Source of the DNA: Styela clava
Lineage: Eukaryota
Assembly: GCF_964204865.1 (NCBI RefSeq)
Contig: NC_135263.1
Span: 8,928,001-8,992,000, forward strand
Length of the DNA stretch: 64,000 bases
Direction of reading: 5' to 3'
Shown: positions 1 to 13,009 of the stretch, piece after piece
Layout of the letters: every line of letters starts with the position of its first letter
Numbering within the stretch: the stretch's first letter is position 1
Notes under the pieces: model-generated
Told to the model about the DNA's origin: nothing
The model's input: only the letters and a program-made list of their open reading frames with translations
The model's database searches: none
Made by a program: the position numbers and the translations under genes

Positions 1-1335
1 ATAATTTATTATAAAATGGTTACCTTCTGTTCGGTTTCTGCATTCACTGCTCTATAGGTCCCCGGGAATATAGAAGTTAAATAAGTTTATCGACCAGAAA
101 TATGTAGCATTCGGACGGATAGAGTTAGAGATTTTTTCTGTAAAAAATATGTCTGATATTTACTGAGTTTAAAATTTATAAAAGTTGTAACAGCCGACGA
201 ACTGGTGTAGCAAATAATAGTACAATAAATTATGCGGACTTAGAAAATTGCTCAACCGGATATCCGATGGTCCAATATTGATAATGGTATACGATATAAC
301 TTTTGTAAATAAATGTTACATGACTGACATAAAAAAAAAGGTACACAAATAAAATTTTCAATTTTCCGAATAAGGACTTAGGTATAACATGATTTTTTTT
401 TATGCAGAGGTACAAATTCACTCAACGAAGTCATACCATTCCGTTGGTATCACAATGGAACCTCAATCGTCAGACGTGACACAAGTTTCGGTTTGTAGAA
501 AAAAAATTTACCTATTGAGTTTAATGCAATTCAATTAAACTTTTCTAACAAATTATCATTTTTTGCAGAATATTTGTGGTTTAATTGGGCAAAACATAAC
601 GGAGCAGGTGAACATGCTTTGGAAGGTAAATTCTTGTGATAACTTTTATTTTCACTATAATTCACATTGCTAAAAATATTATAGATAAAAAATAGATCAA
701 ACCAGATATACCGTTACTCAAAAAACAACTATGTAGCAAATATATATAATAATCCAAAAACAAGTAACTCAAAATTAATATAACAATGACAATTATTTGA
801 ATTCTTTTTACTGTTATAAGTGGCATGAACTTATCTTTCACAAGACGATGTATACGCCTCAGATATTTTTTTCGGTTCGACTCGTACAAACGTATTCTAA
901 AGCTACAGGATTTATATTAGATATCTGTGCCGAACGTGAATGCATAGAGGAAAATGGTCACAGAGCTAATCAATAAATATGCTTTCTTGCATTGCCGAAA
1001 TTCATTACTTTAACGAGCATCCGTTGAGTTGCTTCACGGATTATGAGCATTATTTCATGTGCTTGGAGTGTGGTGAAGAAGGTGAGTATTAATTTCAACT
1101 AACCACTTTCAGCTACCTGACAATCAAATGCCACATTATTAAATAGATTCGTTAAGCGTCACATGGAAGATTTATTTATTAACGCCGGATTTCAATTATT
1201 GGGAATTATTGAAATTGCCGTATTTAAAATGTATCATCGAAACTAATCGTTCGTTATCATCTGTAAGTAGTATGAAAGTTTCACGGTTCCTTGAGACCAC
1301 GAAAATATTTCCTAGACATTGACAACCAAATAGAC

Positions 1336-2931
1336 CAGGGATGTGAAAACTGCGGCCCGCAAAGAAAAATTGTGCGGCCCGCGGAGAAGTGCCAATTTTG
1401 AAGAATGTGCCCGCGAAACGAGCTTTCAATCTAATTAATCGTAAACGTGCGAGCAATTTTAATCTCCTTGCGTCGCGAAGCCTATACCAGTACCCGAATG
1501 CCACAGCTAGCGAGATACTGTTGCAAAATACACAATGTTCTAAAAGCGTGTTTCTTTTTCACTGAATTCGTTGAAAGTCGGTGTGGCAATAAATTTGAAT
1601 AGCACTTTTTTTTAGAAATGTTTGCGTTTCAACTCAACATTTCTGTCAGGACCCCGAATGATGCCGTAACATAAATACCGAAAAAAATCAAATTTTTGTG
1701 CTTGCAACTACACTAAAAACTACGAAAGGCTCTGGGGATTAAAAATCCAACTTACGAAAATTATTTTTGTAAAAATATTGCTTCGGCTAACTAAGATTTT
1801 CTACGAAAGGACTAAAACAAAAAACACGTGTAGTCACATTTGTTGATTTAAGGTTGATTTATTGTAGTGCTTGAAGTACGGATGTCCAATTCGAATTTAT
1901 TATTCGAATATCGCGAACTTCCAATATGGTTTTTCGTGTTTGTGAGAATACCGAATATGGCGCACATATATTAAAACAATTCATTTTTTATCGTAATTGA
2001 AGGCAGTCGTGTGTGCGGCGTGGCAGTAAATCTAAGAGCTTATTGTGTTGTAATTAATTGTTTTCATCCTTTCATTTTGCAATTTAGAGCGTATAAAATA
2101 GCTTTTAATTATTATTTAGTATCAATCGCGGCGTCATTGATGGCAATATCATTCAGTTTAAGTTGACGGTATTAATTTATAATCAAAAATAAAATCATAA
2201 CAGCCAACATGAAATATTTAAATCAGCGCCGACTCGCAAGATAAAAAAAAAGATTTCCGGCATTGATTCTCCTGTTCTATTAGGAGATGGGAATACGGAA
2301 TCAAGTCCGTATTAGCTGCCCTGCCACACGCCAATCAACTATCTGCCATCCCACTGACCGTTTGTTTCCCGCGGGTACGCACAATAAGTCTCACTCAGTA
2401 TCAGTTGAGAAGACAATGATGCCAGTTAAAACTAGAAAAAATGAAATAAAAAAGATAAATAAAACTGTAAAATAAAAAGTATAAATTTTAATTTTGAATT
2501 CCATGTGGGCTCATTTTCGTACATTACGTTCTCCCAAAAATTTTAACTTTTAACGCCTCCTCCCACCTTCTCTGACCGCCGTCTTCTCACTCTTCATTGT
2601 CTTTGCTTAGCGCAGTCAAATACTATGACCGAGTTTTGTAAGGGCTTGGAATGGATTAATGTATTTTCAGGTAAAGAGCGTCCGTACTTACGGAATTTTT
2701 TATGTACGCAGGGGCTTGGAACAAATTAGATTACGGAAACCCCTTTGCAAGTAGAAAATTCTTTAAGGTACACATTTCATAAGCAGAAAGAAAAGAGAAA
2801 TACCGAATAAAATCTACAATTTTTTCCGTTTCCAGAGACAGACCTTCGTAGGTAGGGTTTCTAGGTGCGGCCCGCGGCTTCACCCAGTTACTCGTATTTG
2901 GCCCGCCGTTAAAAAAGGTTGCACACCCCTG
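1336..2931. mobile_element. Non-autonomous hAT (Buster/Charlie-type) element
   Basis: Left end CAGGGATGTGAAAACT, right end AGGTTGCACACCCCTG (imperfect TIR), GCGGCCCGC subterminal motifs. 8-bp TSD AAATAGAC/AAATAAAC (1 mismatch, central TA as in Buster-type hATs). Confidence 0.85.
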
Positions 2932-4266
2932 AAATAAACATATATATGATTTGAACCTCCGGAAAACATTCAATTTATTGCACTCTTTTCAAAATAGTGA
3001 GATAAAAATTACGTTTCCCATTGGTGAAATCGGAACGGACAATTTCATTATCGCTTTGATTTGGGCATTAGTTGTTGCCATTTTAATCAAGAGATTCTAT
3101 TAATGTCGATCCTTCTGCATTGGCAATGTAACATCATAAATGCTCTCCAATTCTCACTTTTTAGGTCCAAAGTATATATGGGTTCACAGTCGTAACCCAT
3201 ATTCCACTGGAGAAGATATTCTACGAGTGCACAACAAGCTTGTTACAATCGGTGGTGGCTGGAGCTCAGTTCCCCTGTACTTATCCGGCTGTCATAAATT
3301 TACCATGCCAGAAACAATTGCTTACTAAACTGCTGATGTCTAAATAGTTATTAACTATGTGTATTTATATTTACAAAATAACTAAATATTATATCTAATA
3401 TATTATATATATATATATGTAATTTGATGTTATACAATGTTGAAGATATTGAAAAAGTGGATGGCCGGACTTTGGCTGTAGCTCAGGTCAGGAACATCAG
3501 GCGATAGCGCAAACGAGACGATTAGATTCTGCATCATCGCACTTTATACGGATGGATCTTCGGTCGTATTGTAACAATAAATTGTGAAAATAGGGTCAGT
3601 TTATCCGAAGTTAGTCACTTTGATAGAAGTCATTTGACCTCCGTGTCTATTAATTTGAGTCTCCCTGTCTTGTTTTGTCCTAATACATTTGAAACATTTC
3701 TACAAAACATAACATTCATCGAAATAAGCACTTAAGTGAAAATACTATCTCATGAAGTAAACTCAATTCTTCCGATCTGGAATGAACCATTTCATTTGAT
3801 TTTTAAGTACCCCATAATGGGGTACAACAATAATGTGTCGTGTGGTTAGCTTCGTGAGTAACGTCAGCGTTTTTATTCTAAAAATGAAGATATAGCTTCA
3901 TTTGATTTATAACAGGCAATTTATAAGTGTATCTGAACAATTGTGATTACCATACGCCAATATTGGCACTCATCCGTTAGCTTGCATCCGATTTGTCACG
4001 CGTTTTTGAACCCCCCTGTTTGATTATCAGTACCTCACACCCGTTAAAATACTGCATGAGATATACTATTCATAAATCATATACTGTATTTGGTCTCGCT
4101 AATGAGCAATAAAGTTTAAATGATTTTTAGGGGTGATGTTGATTACACTTGATTTACTTGCAAACTTCTGCCAATTTAAAGAATTGACTTCTCCATCGCC
4201 ATCTTTCCTTGGTGCACCTGGTGTTCCTGTTTGGATTTCACTTCTGGTGAGTATTGTACTTTGTAC

Positions 4267-5512
4267 TAGAGATGTACCGATGTATCGGTATCGGGTATCG
4301 ATATCGGCCATTTTTCCGGTATCGGCCATGTATCGGTATCGGTTGGATTAAGGCTGATATTTCCGATATATTAACTTTTTTGATATGGTCCAGAATGTTT
4401 TAAAAGATAAGTTGAAATACTACTTTTTAATTTATTTTTTGTCCAGAGAGATCGTGAGCTATGAGCCATACATGTCCCCACCCCCGCGAGGGAATAGGAT
4501 TCACCTGTTTTTAGCTATTTATCAGCCAAACTAGCTCAACTAATTTGGCTGTTTTCGCTGTCAAATTTTTATATTGACATTCTTAATATTACATAGTAAT
4601 TATGAAGAAATATATCAACACAGCACATAACGAAAAGCAATGAGGCGCCCAGTTTTGAATCATATACAGTGGAATTGGAGTCCTTGTTAACGCCACATGC
4701 ACTCTGGGCACGCTATAAATTCTGACTGTTAGGTCAAGTACGAGTGTCATTTAGTCCGTCGACATCGATAAACTAAATTTCGACACAATTATCCCTCTAC
4801 GCAGGTATTAATTTCAATTTTGTTTAATTTCCTCATATATATATTGACATGACCGCCTAGAGCCCTAGACTGTCTCAAAGTATATGATAGCAATTGTAAA
4901 ATATTATAAAATAGTAAAGTAAAAAAACATCCTCGACAGTTATAGGTAGGCCTTCTTTTTGTCGGCGCTAATTGATATACTTTTATGTTGGCTTTGATTT
5001 ATTGCGGCGACGATCATGATCAACCACAAAATAAAATATTTGTAAAATGCTTCTAATTTGAACGTAGGAAGGCGGCGTTAGAATGTGTGGGCGATATTCG
5101 ATATTCTTTTAAACACGAATAACGATATTCGAAGGTCGCGATATTAACATTAACTTCGAATTGGACATCCCGGCTTATGAGTTTTCTAATTGAACACCGA
5201 GATTACTAGCGTCACTGTACAATGCATCTTAATCAGCATCTGGATACCAAACATCAATTTCATATTATGTGATATATCTCTTTTTCGATCTGAAATAATG
5301 TGTACTATGAACAACGCTCAAAGACCATTGTTTTAACCCTTCTGCCCTACACAGCACACTTAATTAAGTAATAATTACATAGTATCGGTATCGGAATATC
5401 GGTAATATCGGCATTTCTGTAGTGTCGGCGTATCGGTATCGGTATCGGCGTTTTTAGCTGGTATCGGATAGGTATCGGTATCGGCGACAAAAGTGGTATC
5501 GGTACATCTCTA
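4267..5512. mobile_element. Non-autonomous hAT (Ac-type) element
   Basis: Perfect 15-bp TIR TAGAGATGTACCGAT...ATCGGTACATCTCTA, perfect 8-bp TSD CTTTGTAC (4259-4266 / 5513-5520), arrays of ATCGGT subterminal repeats at both ends. Confidence 0.92.
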
Positions 5513-6767
5513 CTTTGTACAGCACTATGGATTTCATAAGAAAATACTGAGCGCAAAATCACAAGTTATCAAAGTTTTAGCCAATACCTCAGGTGTGGAA
5601 ACATGAAGAATTATTTTGTGAGTGTGCGCAATAGTAGATCGGCATTAAATTGGTATTCTCTTCTGTACTTTTGTTTCAGATATTGCTGAAAGCGGCTCCG
5701 GAGTTATTATTGCTTACAAACGAGAAGACCGATTTGTGGTTCGTATTTTGAAAACAGTTAATTTCTGATAATTCATTCCTCCGGCACTTTTGATTTAGTA
5801 CATGTTTCAAACTTTTTAGGCTGCTATATCAATTGGATGTTTAGCGCTTGCTGTTTTAATGGCGATATCGCTGATGGCCGTAATCACAAGAGGTAATACT
5901 TTTTATATGCAATTGTTGGATCCGAATACCGTGCCCGTCCATGCATTTCATGTTGCTCCATTCAAGTAATAAATAATATCTGGATCTTGCTGTATAATAG
6001 GACGGAATGATGAAAAACCGTGTTTTATTTTGGCTTCGAACATAGCAAATCAAATGTTTTGAATATTTGAACAAACATTCAGTCAAAATAATAAATGAAA
6101 ACCATTTGGTAATTTATAAAAGTTTCGCACATTTTAGGTTGATTATTATGATGAAAAGAACAAAGCTATGGAAATCATTATTGAAACTATCATGAGCATT
6201 TTTGTTCTCGCTAAAGTTGTGTTTACTTCATCAACTGCGTTGCTTGGACTTCGCATGACGATCGCTAGTTCACGGATAGGGTATTTTTGAATGTTTGTAT
6301 TACAATCATTCATATAGCATTTTCATATACGTATAAGTATAAGTTTATTTCGACTTCATAATCAGCATAACAATAAAATGATTGGTAAAAATAAATAAAA
6401 ACTGATTGGGAAATCAGGAGAGCAAACAAAACCTTAGATAAGGTTTAAACCGTACAGAATGTATATAAGATGGAAGGTTTTGCCAAGAAGAAGTGGTACG
6501 TGTTCACTCACCTAGAAAATAATGTAAATATTTCACACACGCTCACACGCACCCACACACACAATCATACAGAAAATTTAAAGTAAAAAAAACATGATAA
6601 ATTACATACAGGTAGGTAAAGAAAATAAATCAATAAAAATTACTTGCCACAACATATTCATAATTTGTTAATGTTTACCACTGCCGAATTGATCTATTTT
6701 ATAAATGGGAGTGAACAGTAATGATAAACTGTTTTCAGAATTGGGTGCATGAAGAGGTGGGCTAGAC

Positions 6768-7680
6768 CATAGATTCTCAAAGTGCTCCGTACGGAGCCCC
6801 AGGGCTCCGTGAGAGAAACCTAGGGGCTCCTTGAGCCCCTTTAGATAACGAGTTTTCTGTCGCACGAAATATTCAATCCATGGCCGATGCGAGCATTTAA
6901 AATGTCCTGTCATAATAATTTGTTTGTTCATCGTTACTCACCTTTGAGTCAAGATTACTATTACGATTACTGAAATAAAAAATACTATTACTATTCTAAA
7001 ATAACATAAAAAACGTGGTAAACTGCCAACTATAAATAGATTGAAATCTTATATTTGCAAATTTGAGTTGTTCTCTCAGCACTCAAGATTAATTAAGTTT
7101 AATTATGATATTTGTGCCCGTCCCCATTAAATCATAATCATGACTGACTGGGCAGCAGATCACAGCGATTTAGCCAACTCGACCAATTTGAGACGTTCTT
7201 ATAACACTGACTCCGCCATATCACAGTTCTGCCACTCCGATTCCGTTTCGGATATTACCGTCCCAAGATCTATACGAAAAAACGGATTGAAATTTATTTT
7301 TTGCGAAATAGAAAATTGATTAATAATCTTTACAATTATCTTATTACTTATCGATCTTAAGATCGGTAAGTATATTGATAGGTATTTGTCTGTATGTATG
7401 TCTGTCTGTCTGTGTGTGTGTCTGTTAGATGAACGCGATATCTCGCGAATGCGAGGTTGAATCTGCTCCAAATTTCGCATGTGCATGCATCTTACCTCGG
7501 ACCAGAAGCCTATAGATTTTGGGTTAATTATGTCGTATAATTAGCGAGTTATTAACTAATTACCGATCTAAGATCGATAAGTCTTCGGTCTCCGACCGAT
7601 ATTCTCGTCTTATATATCGTCACATATCGAGCAGAAATCGCATGGGGCTCCGTCGGTAGTTTCAGAATGGATAAAAAGGT
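6768..7680. mobile_element. Truncated hAT/Charlie-like non-autonomous element, interrupted by a HINE
   Basis: Left terminus CATAGATTCTCAAAGTG followed by repeated GGAGCCCC/GGGGCTCC motifs. GGGGCTCCG recurs near 7645, but no right TIR is visible. Confidence 0.5.
7341..7611 (+). mobile_element. Helentron-associated non-autonomous element (HINE/DINE-1-like)
   Basis: Subterminal inverted repeat CTTATCGATCTTAAGATCGGTAA (~7347-7369) / TTACCGATCTAAGATCGATAAG (~7560-7581), internal TCTG/TATG/TG microsatellite (~7388-7425), 3' hairpin TCGGTC-TCC-GACCGA (7585-7599), T-rich ends, no TSD. Confidence 0.7.
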
Positions 7681-8489
7681 ACAACATCGTGCGCACAATT
7701 GACTGTGTTTAGATTTCAGTGACTACGGTATAATTTTCATAGATAACCTGACATAACACCAAAGTTTGTGATTTACAATGTCTAAAAAAGCGTCTTTAAT
7801 CTGTCGAGAGTCTGCTTAAACAAAACATATGGTGTTATCTTCTGTTTTAGGTTTTCGTTTCAGTAATTACCGTATTATACGCCATTACCCATGTATAATA
7901 CGCAGGGCTCTTTTAGTATGTGGATTGTATGGAAATACCAAGGTCCATGCACAATACGCACGGTCGAATTCAGTCACTTGCGTCGACCGCGTTTGGTATT
8001 TAATAATATGTTTCAAATGTTTATGACGTCGACAGGCCTGTTGTCTGTCAATCTCGGAGTGATGTTACCCCGATTTGAACTATCGTGCTATTACCTATCT
8101 TAGAGCATTTTGAAAATGGCTGAGAAAAAAAAATTTGTGACGTTAGGTTTGCCTATTGGCCGCAAATCAGAATGAGACAAAAAGATTTAGGAACATTCAG
8201 TTTTGCTGTAAATGAGAGATGCCAGACTGGACGACACAACGATTAAACTATGATACAGACTGCCGTTCTTATCACTTATATCGTAGTATATATTTACGCT
8301 TATATACACTGGTTATTGAGGCTGATCATGTGCCACCGGGTGGGCATTAGGAATAACATGTATATCACAAAACGAAGGCGAGAGAAATATCGGGAAACCA
8401 ATTAAGCCGGTGGTCTAAGCTCGAAGCACCGCCACTTGTCCGATGAAAAACGTCCTGCAAAGGTGGTTTCCGCTTTTTGTACCTAATTT

Positions 8490-8576
8490 TAGTGATTCGG
8501 AAATTAGCCGAAAAACGATTCGAATAATTTGCGATTCGATTCGATTTCGAATATTTGGTTCGCTTGGACAGCCCTA
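8490..8576. mobile_element. Right terminus of a hAT-type non-autonomous element
   Basis: ATTCG pentamer array ending in TTGGACAGCCCTA (TIR TAGGGCTGTCCAA on the minus strand). The partner end was not found. Confidence 0.55.
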
Positions 8577-8850
8577 GTGCATGGTCTCCAGCGAGTTTTT
8601 GAATATTTGGGGACATTTTCGTCAGGCACAATCTCAAATCCCCCCGTTTACTGATGGCAAGACGATTTCGTTGTTTTGACAGCAAAAGTGTCACTGCTGA
8701 AAACCCTTTTTCCACCACCATATAATGGGTCAAAAAAGAAAGAATCCAACCTCCTCAAAAATCGCCGGGTACTTGCCTAATGACCTGCACCAAAATACAT
8801 CATAACGATCTTCGGTGAACTTCATCTTCGATTCCTCATCATGTAACACG
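8577..8850 (-). mobile_element. hAT Buster-type (ZBED8/SCAND3-like) transposase C-terminal fragment
   Basis: Minus-strand translation YMVVEKGFSAVTLLLSKQRNRLAISKRGDLRLCLTKMSPNIQKL matches the hAT C-terminal Y.xE.GFS...K.RNRL...DLRL motif. Frameshifted upstream. Confidence 0.8.
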
Positions 8851-8942
8851 GCCTCCAGTCCATGAAATTAAAATCCATTTATTTGTTTTAGATTCATGGA
8901 CTCGATGGTGGGGGAAGCCGTGACCGACTATCGGCTACGGCC

Positions 8943-9700
8943 CAGGTGTCGGCAAATCTTTGTCGCTCGCGTGCCAAAATTAAAGGTTGCAAGCAAGGTT
9001 CCCTCTAATTTTTTGTAGTATGTGTGCGCAGAAATTTTGGTGTGTGCGCACTTTTTTGGAAATGACTAATATTTGTGCAGAAACCAATGAAGAAATTTTG
9101 GCGTTCTAACCGGGTAATAAGTGGGCCAGCAACAAACTTTCTCAACCTGACAACCGAGAACATTGTTACATTACATCGAAATACGTCTGTGCGCAGTAAA
9201 TCTATGCGTGTGCGCGGCCTCTGAAAGCTGTGTGCGCGCGCGCACGCGCACTCTTTAGAGGGAACACTGGTTGCAAGTCTTGCGGGCCGCATATATTTTT
9301 TGAAAGTTAAAAACGGAACAGCGCGCGAAGACTGCGACAATTCGTGAACTCAACTCAGTCGTTCTATTAAAAAAATTTACAATGACATTTAATGTGACAC
9401 TAACACTGTATTGTTTCTGCATCACGCTTGATAGCTTTACAACGCCAAGATTGGAACATTTTCTAGTTCTCTGTTTGTTTTTTGTAATGTTCATTTTCGA
9501 AAATAATTGTTTGCTCACATATGTACTTTCAAACATCGGAGTGAATATTTTCGCATGATTTGTCAAATTTTGATAGAGATTTTCTTTAAGAAGATAGATT
9601 TTTATAAAAATTAAGCAGTGATGAATCTTATCAAACATCTTATTTTTGTGGCAAATACAAGCAAGCAGCACTTTGGTTAGTCGTGGTTTTAATCGTAGCC
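8943..9700. mobile_element. hAT element remnant with a SPIN/GTF2IRD2-like transposase C-terminal fragment (minus strand, ~9460-9580)
   Basis: Terminus CAGGTGTCGGCAAA at 8943 with GCGGGCCGC motif. Minus-strand peptide YQNLTNHAKIFTPMFESTYVSKQLFSKMNITKNKQRT resembles the hAT FGSTY.CEQLFS.M...K motif. Confidence 0.7.
8994..9269. mobile_element. 276-bp hAT MITE nested in the previous element
   Basis: TIR CAAGGTTCCCTCTAA...TTAGAGGGAACACTG, perfect 8-bp TSD GTTGCAAG (8986-8993 / 9270-9277), GTGCGCA subterminal repeats. Confidence 0.9.
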
Positions 9701-9829
9701 TTTTCTGACGACGTTAGAGTTGTCGATGCGGGGCATGGCGATCAAACAGGTGAACAAAAGATTTTACAAATTCGCTGAAAACACTATTAAAGTTTTCGTA
9801 ACTCAAATTGTTTCTAGCAATATAATCAT

Positions 9830-10450
9830 TATACTTGTGTATCTGTGCGAAAGCAAACAATCGAGAATTTTGACTTTTTCCGTTGATATTTTGACATATG
9901 AACTGGTTTTATGCCACTGAGGCAACACATGACATGAAAATGGTCTGTTATGTCTGAAAGAATTACATGAGATTTGATTCTAAAGTTTGAAATATTAGTA
10001 TAAATGTGATCTATGAGTGTTGATGATGTACGGCTTACTCTAGTAAGCTTGGTGATTAATTGATGACTGGGAATTGCATTGGGAAGAATTAACATATTGG
10101 CTTAATTTGCTATTTAGGCAATAGTTGACGTTGTAAGTAAGTTAATGTTGAAATCTCCTAATATCAAAAACTGTTTCCCTGCCAATTTAGCAAGGGATGC
10201 TTCAAACGCATTTGTAAAGCTTGGAATATAGTTCCCATATATAATACCAACAATTAACCTATTGACTGTGTTGGCAAAACTCATTTCAAACCATATATTT
10301 TCACAGTTGGAGTGATTGAGATTATAATCTGAAATTTCATTATAGGTGAAATCGTTTCGGATATAAGCACCAACACCATCTGTTTTTGTGATGGGTGGCA
10401 TGTGTATAAAACTATACCCATCAATATTAGACTATAACTATCAATATTAG
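9830..10450 (-). mobile_element. Non-LTR retrotransposon (CR1/L2-like) APE endonuclease fragment, frameshifted
   Basis: Motifs GVGAYIR, CENIWFE, IVGIIY, ILGDFNINLL, TRVSRTSSTLIDHIYTN and SDITDH in ORFs 10114-10401 and 9829-10095. Confidence 0.88.
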
Positions 10451-10612
10451 ACTTAAAACGGGAAACGGCAAAAGATGTCGTGAAAAGCCGGTTGTGCAAG
10501 TTGAAGCACAAAGTAAAATTGTAAACGTTACGGTTTTGGTTGAAAATGATAATAATTTCCACTAAAAGAGTAATCCTGCGGCACTAGCCAGTGACTCCGG
10601 GGTATAGATCAC

Positions 10613-11998
10613 ATGGGAATTTATATCAGGTATGAAGTATGCTCTTGTTTACAAAAGCGCGATTTTTTTTGTCTCCAGATCGACGGGTTTCCAGATGTGG
10701 CAGGTTTGGAAGCATTACTTGCATTTGGTCGTTACGACTATGGTGGAGATATTCAGAAAGATTTGCTTATGTGTAAAACTTTACCCACTTATACCACGGG
10801 TGTGGAAATCTTCAGGTCTTTGGATTCGTTCATAAGTGAAAACGGAATAATTTTGGGAACATGCATGGATGTGTGCACTAGTGGGGCCAAAAGCATGACT
10901 GGCTCAGTAAAAGATGTGGTGACAAATCTGAAATGTACCAAATCTCATTGCGCTATACACCGCTTTCAGTTGGTAGCAAAGGGAATGCCCTCTGAATTAA
11001 CCAGGGTTTTGGATGACGTGGTAAAAATTGTTAATTTCATCAAGTCAAGACCGCTGATAAGCAGGCTCTTTTCTACTATCTGCGAAGATATGGTAAGTTT
11101 CCATTGCAATCTATATTGTTGCATACAGCTAGCTGTGCGCTGATTGAGCCGAGGTAAAGTGCTTGTGAGAGAAAATGAGGAAGACAAATTTAGTTCATCT
11201 TGCCGTTTGCACGGATTAACATGGCTGAAGTGTCTTGCTTATATGGCTGATATACTTTACAAGTTGAATGAATTTAACTTATGCATGCAAAGCAAGTATG
11301 AAACTGTTCTTTCAGTCAAAGATAAAGTTACCGCCATGAAAGGGAAACTCAAATTATGGAGTGAAATGGTAAATATCAAAGATCTATCTTGCTTTCCTGC
11401 ACAATTTTCTCGTAGATAGAAATGTCACGATAGATAGCTCTGTGAAAAACAATATTGTACGAAACTTGAACGAACTACAAACAACTTTTCTCTAGTATTT
11501 TCCCGAAGGAGACGGACAACTTTGATTGGATTCGTAACTCATGCAGTAATTCGACTGTTTCGTTCACTGGCAGAACTATGGAAGAGTTCATCGAACTTTT
11601 AAGTGATGGCAGTTTGAAATTAGAATTCACAATCACCCGCTTGGCAAATTTTGGCTAAATATTCGAAATTAATACTCTACCGTTGCAAGGGAGGCAATGA
11701 AGAAAATTTAGCCTATTGCGACTACCTCCTTTTGCAAAACAGAGTTATCGCGGTACGTGTCCACCAAGACAAAGTACAGGGGCCGATTGGATGCCGAAGC
11801 GGAGGTGTACATTCAGCTACCCACTATTGCATCCGATATTAAACGTCTTTCTGTGCAATCTCACCCTTCTCATTAAATTTGAGTATATCCATTACACCAT
11901 TTTTCTTCACAATTTCCCCCCCTCTCATTTCTTGGTGTTCCGCGAGTCGAGATAAAAAGCGTACGTGTTCCGTGGTTAAAAAAGTTTGGGAAACGCTG
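10613..11998 (+). mobile_element. Decayed hAT Buster/Charlie (ZBED5/SCAND3-like) transposase with right TIR
   Basis: Motifs LQIDGFPDVAG, DLLMCKTL..TTGVEIF, VCTSGAKSMTG, HCAIHR, VVKIVNFIKSRPL..RLF, VR*LSRGKVL and LAYMADI..KLNEFNL, broken by stops and frameshifts. Terminus AAAGTTTGGGAAACGCTG ends at 11998. Confidence 0.92.
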
Positions 11999-13009
11999 GT
12001 CTAATCAAAAGGTAAATTGAACTCTGGCTCGATGATCCTACCGGTTCCATTCCATATCAGATCTTCAAATTAAAAATGTCGAACATTCATTCTATTAACT
12101 GCATAATGGCAGACAGTGAAAATACGACAAAAACAATTTTGGCGTTCTGTATCAAAAAATGTTGATATTTTTTTCCATTACATCTGCACTTTTTGCAATA
12201 GTTTTTAAAAAAAGTGTAGAACGAAAATTCAGTTTTGATATCATATTCATGAATTTATCGCCCAAACACGAGTAGTAGTGAGCATTGATGATGCCAGGTA
12301 TGACTACTTACTCTTACAAGCATTCAATTCTTATCCGATTCCTAAATTTCCGATTCCTCGACATATTTTACCGAGAAATCATACCCGCTCAACAATACCA
12401 CGTGAAATTAAACAAAAGAGCGATGTTTAAATATATGTAATTAGATTAGTACAATAGTGACGTGTAATAGATGTTTTCCCGACCTTTGACCCCGTGAAAA
12501 TTCACCGTATACCTTTCTAATAATAACATTTATATTGAATTGCTATGAATATTCTTGTAATTTTACATGGAAATATTTCAGACAATTTATTCATATTTCA
12601 TTGCAGTTCTTCGACTCTATCTTAGGACAGACAAAACTTTCTGTAAACCTCCGCGTCGTTATGTGAATATATTACATTTTTGAGAATTAGGTGCGTTCCG
12701 GTTGTTACGATTTTCCTAGCTCACCACTGCATCATAGCCAACCTAGGGTAATACATTCCTCATTTGATTTTTAGTTTTCTATAAAGCCTATTTTGTTAGC
12801 ATATGTACCCGACCAAAAAGATAGACCCCAGTTAATAATTTAGACTAGCCAAGCATATCATTCAACCCCGCTAGCTTCCTTAGGTAGCCATAACACTAGT
12901 CAATTCAATGACATTAATGATGTAACAATATGTCAAAAGATTTTTCTGGTTATTTTTACGACGAAACAACAGCAAATGCGATATTTTGTTTACTCTCCCG
13001 CAAATGCGA

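Larger units (their letters stand above)
408..8103 (+). pseudogene. Probable degenerate multi-exon gene: C-type-lectin-like exons followed by hydrophobic (membrane) exons
   Basis: GT-AG bounded segments 408-490, 569-625 and 921-1081 join as ..VIPFRWYHNGTSIVRRDTSFEYLWFNWAKHNGAGEHALEDICAERECIEE..(stop/frameshift near 975)..MLSCIAEIHYFNEHPLSCFTDYEHYFMCLEC, a loose C-type-lectin-like W..G/NW/C..FMC pattern. Later segments 4131-4246, ~5820-5891, ~6138-6280 and ~7851-8103 encode hydrophobic stretches (AAISIGCLALAVLMAISLMAVI; MEIIIETIMSIFVLAKVVF). Several stops and phase conflicts prevent a clean model. Confidence 0.3.

Noticed and set aside
5380-5512. ATCGGT repeat arrays and IPIPIP ORFs, superficially array- or CRISPR-like
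   Set aside because: These are subterminal repeats of the hAT element 4267-5512. There are no unique spacers and the context is eukaryotic.
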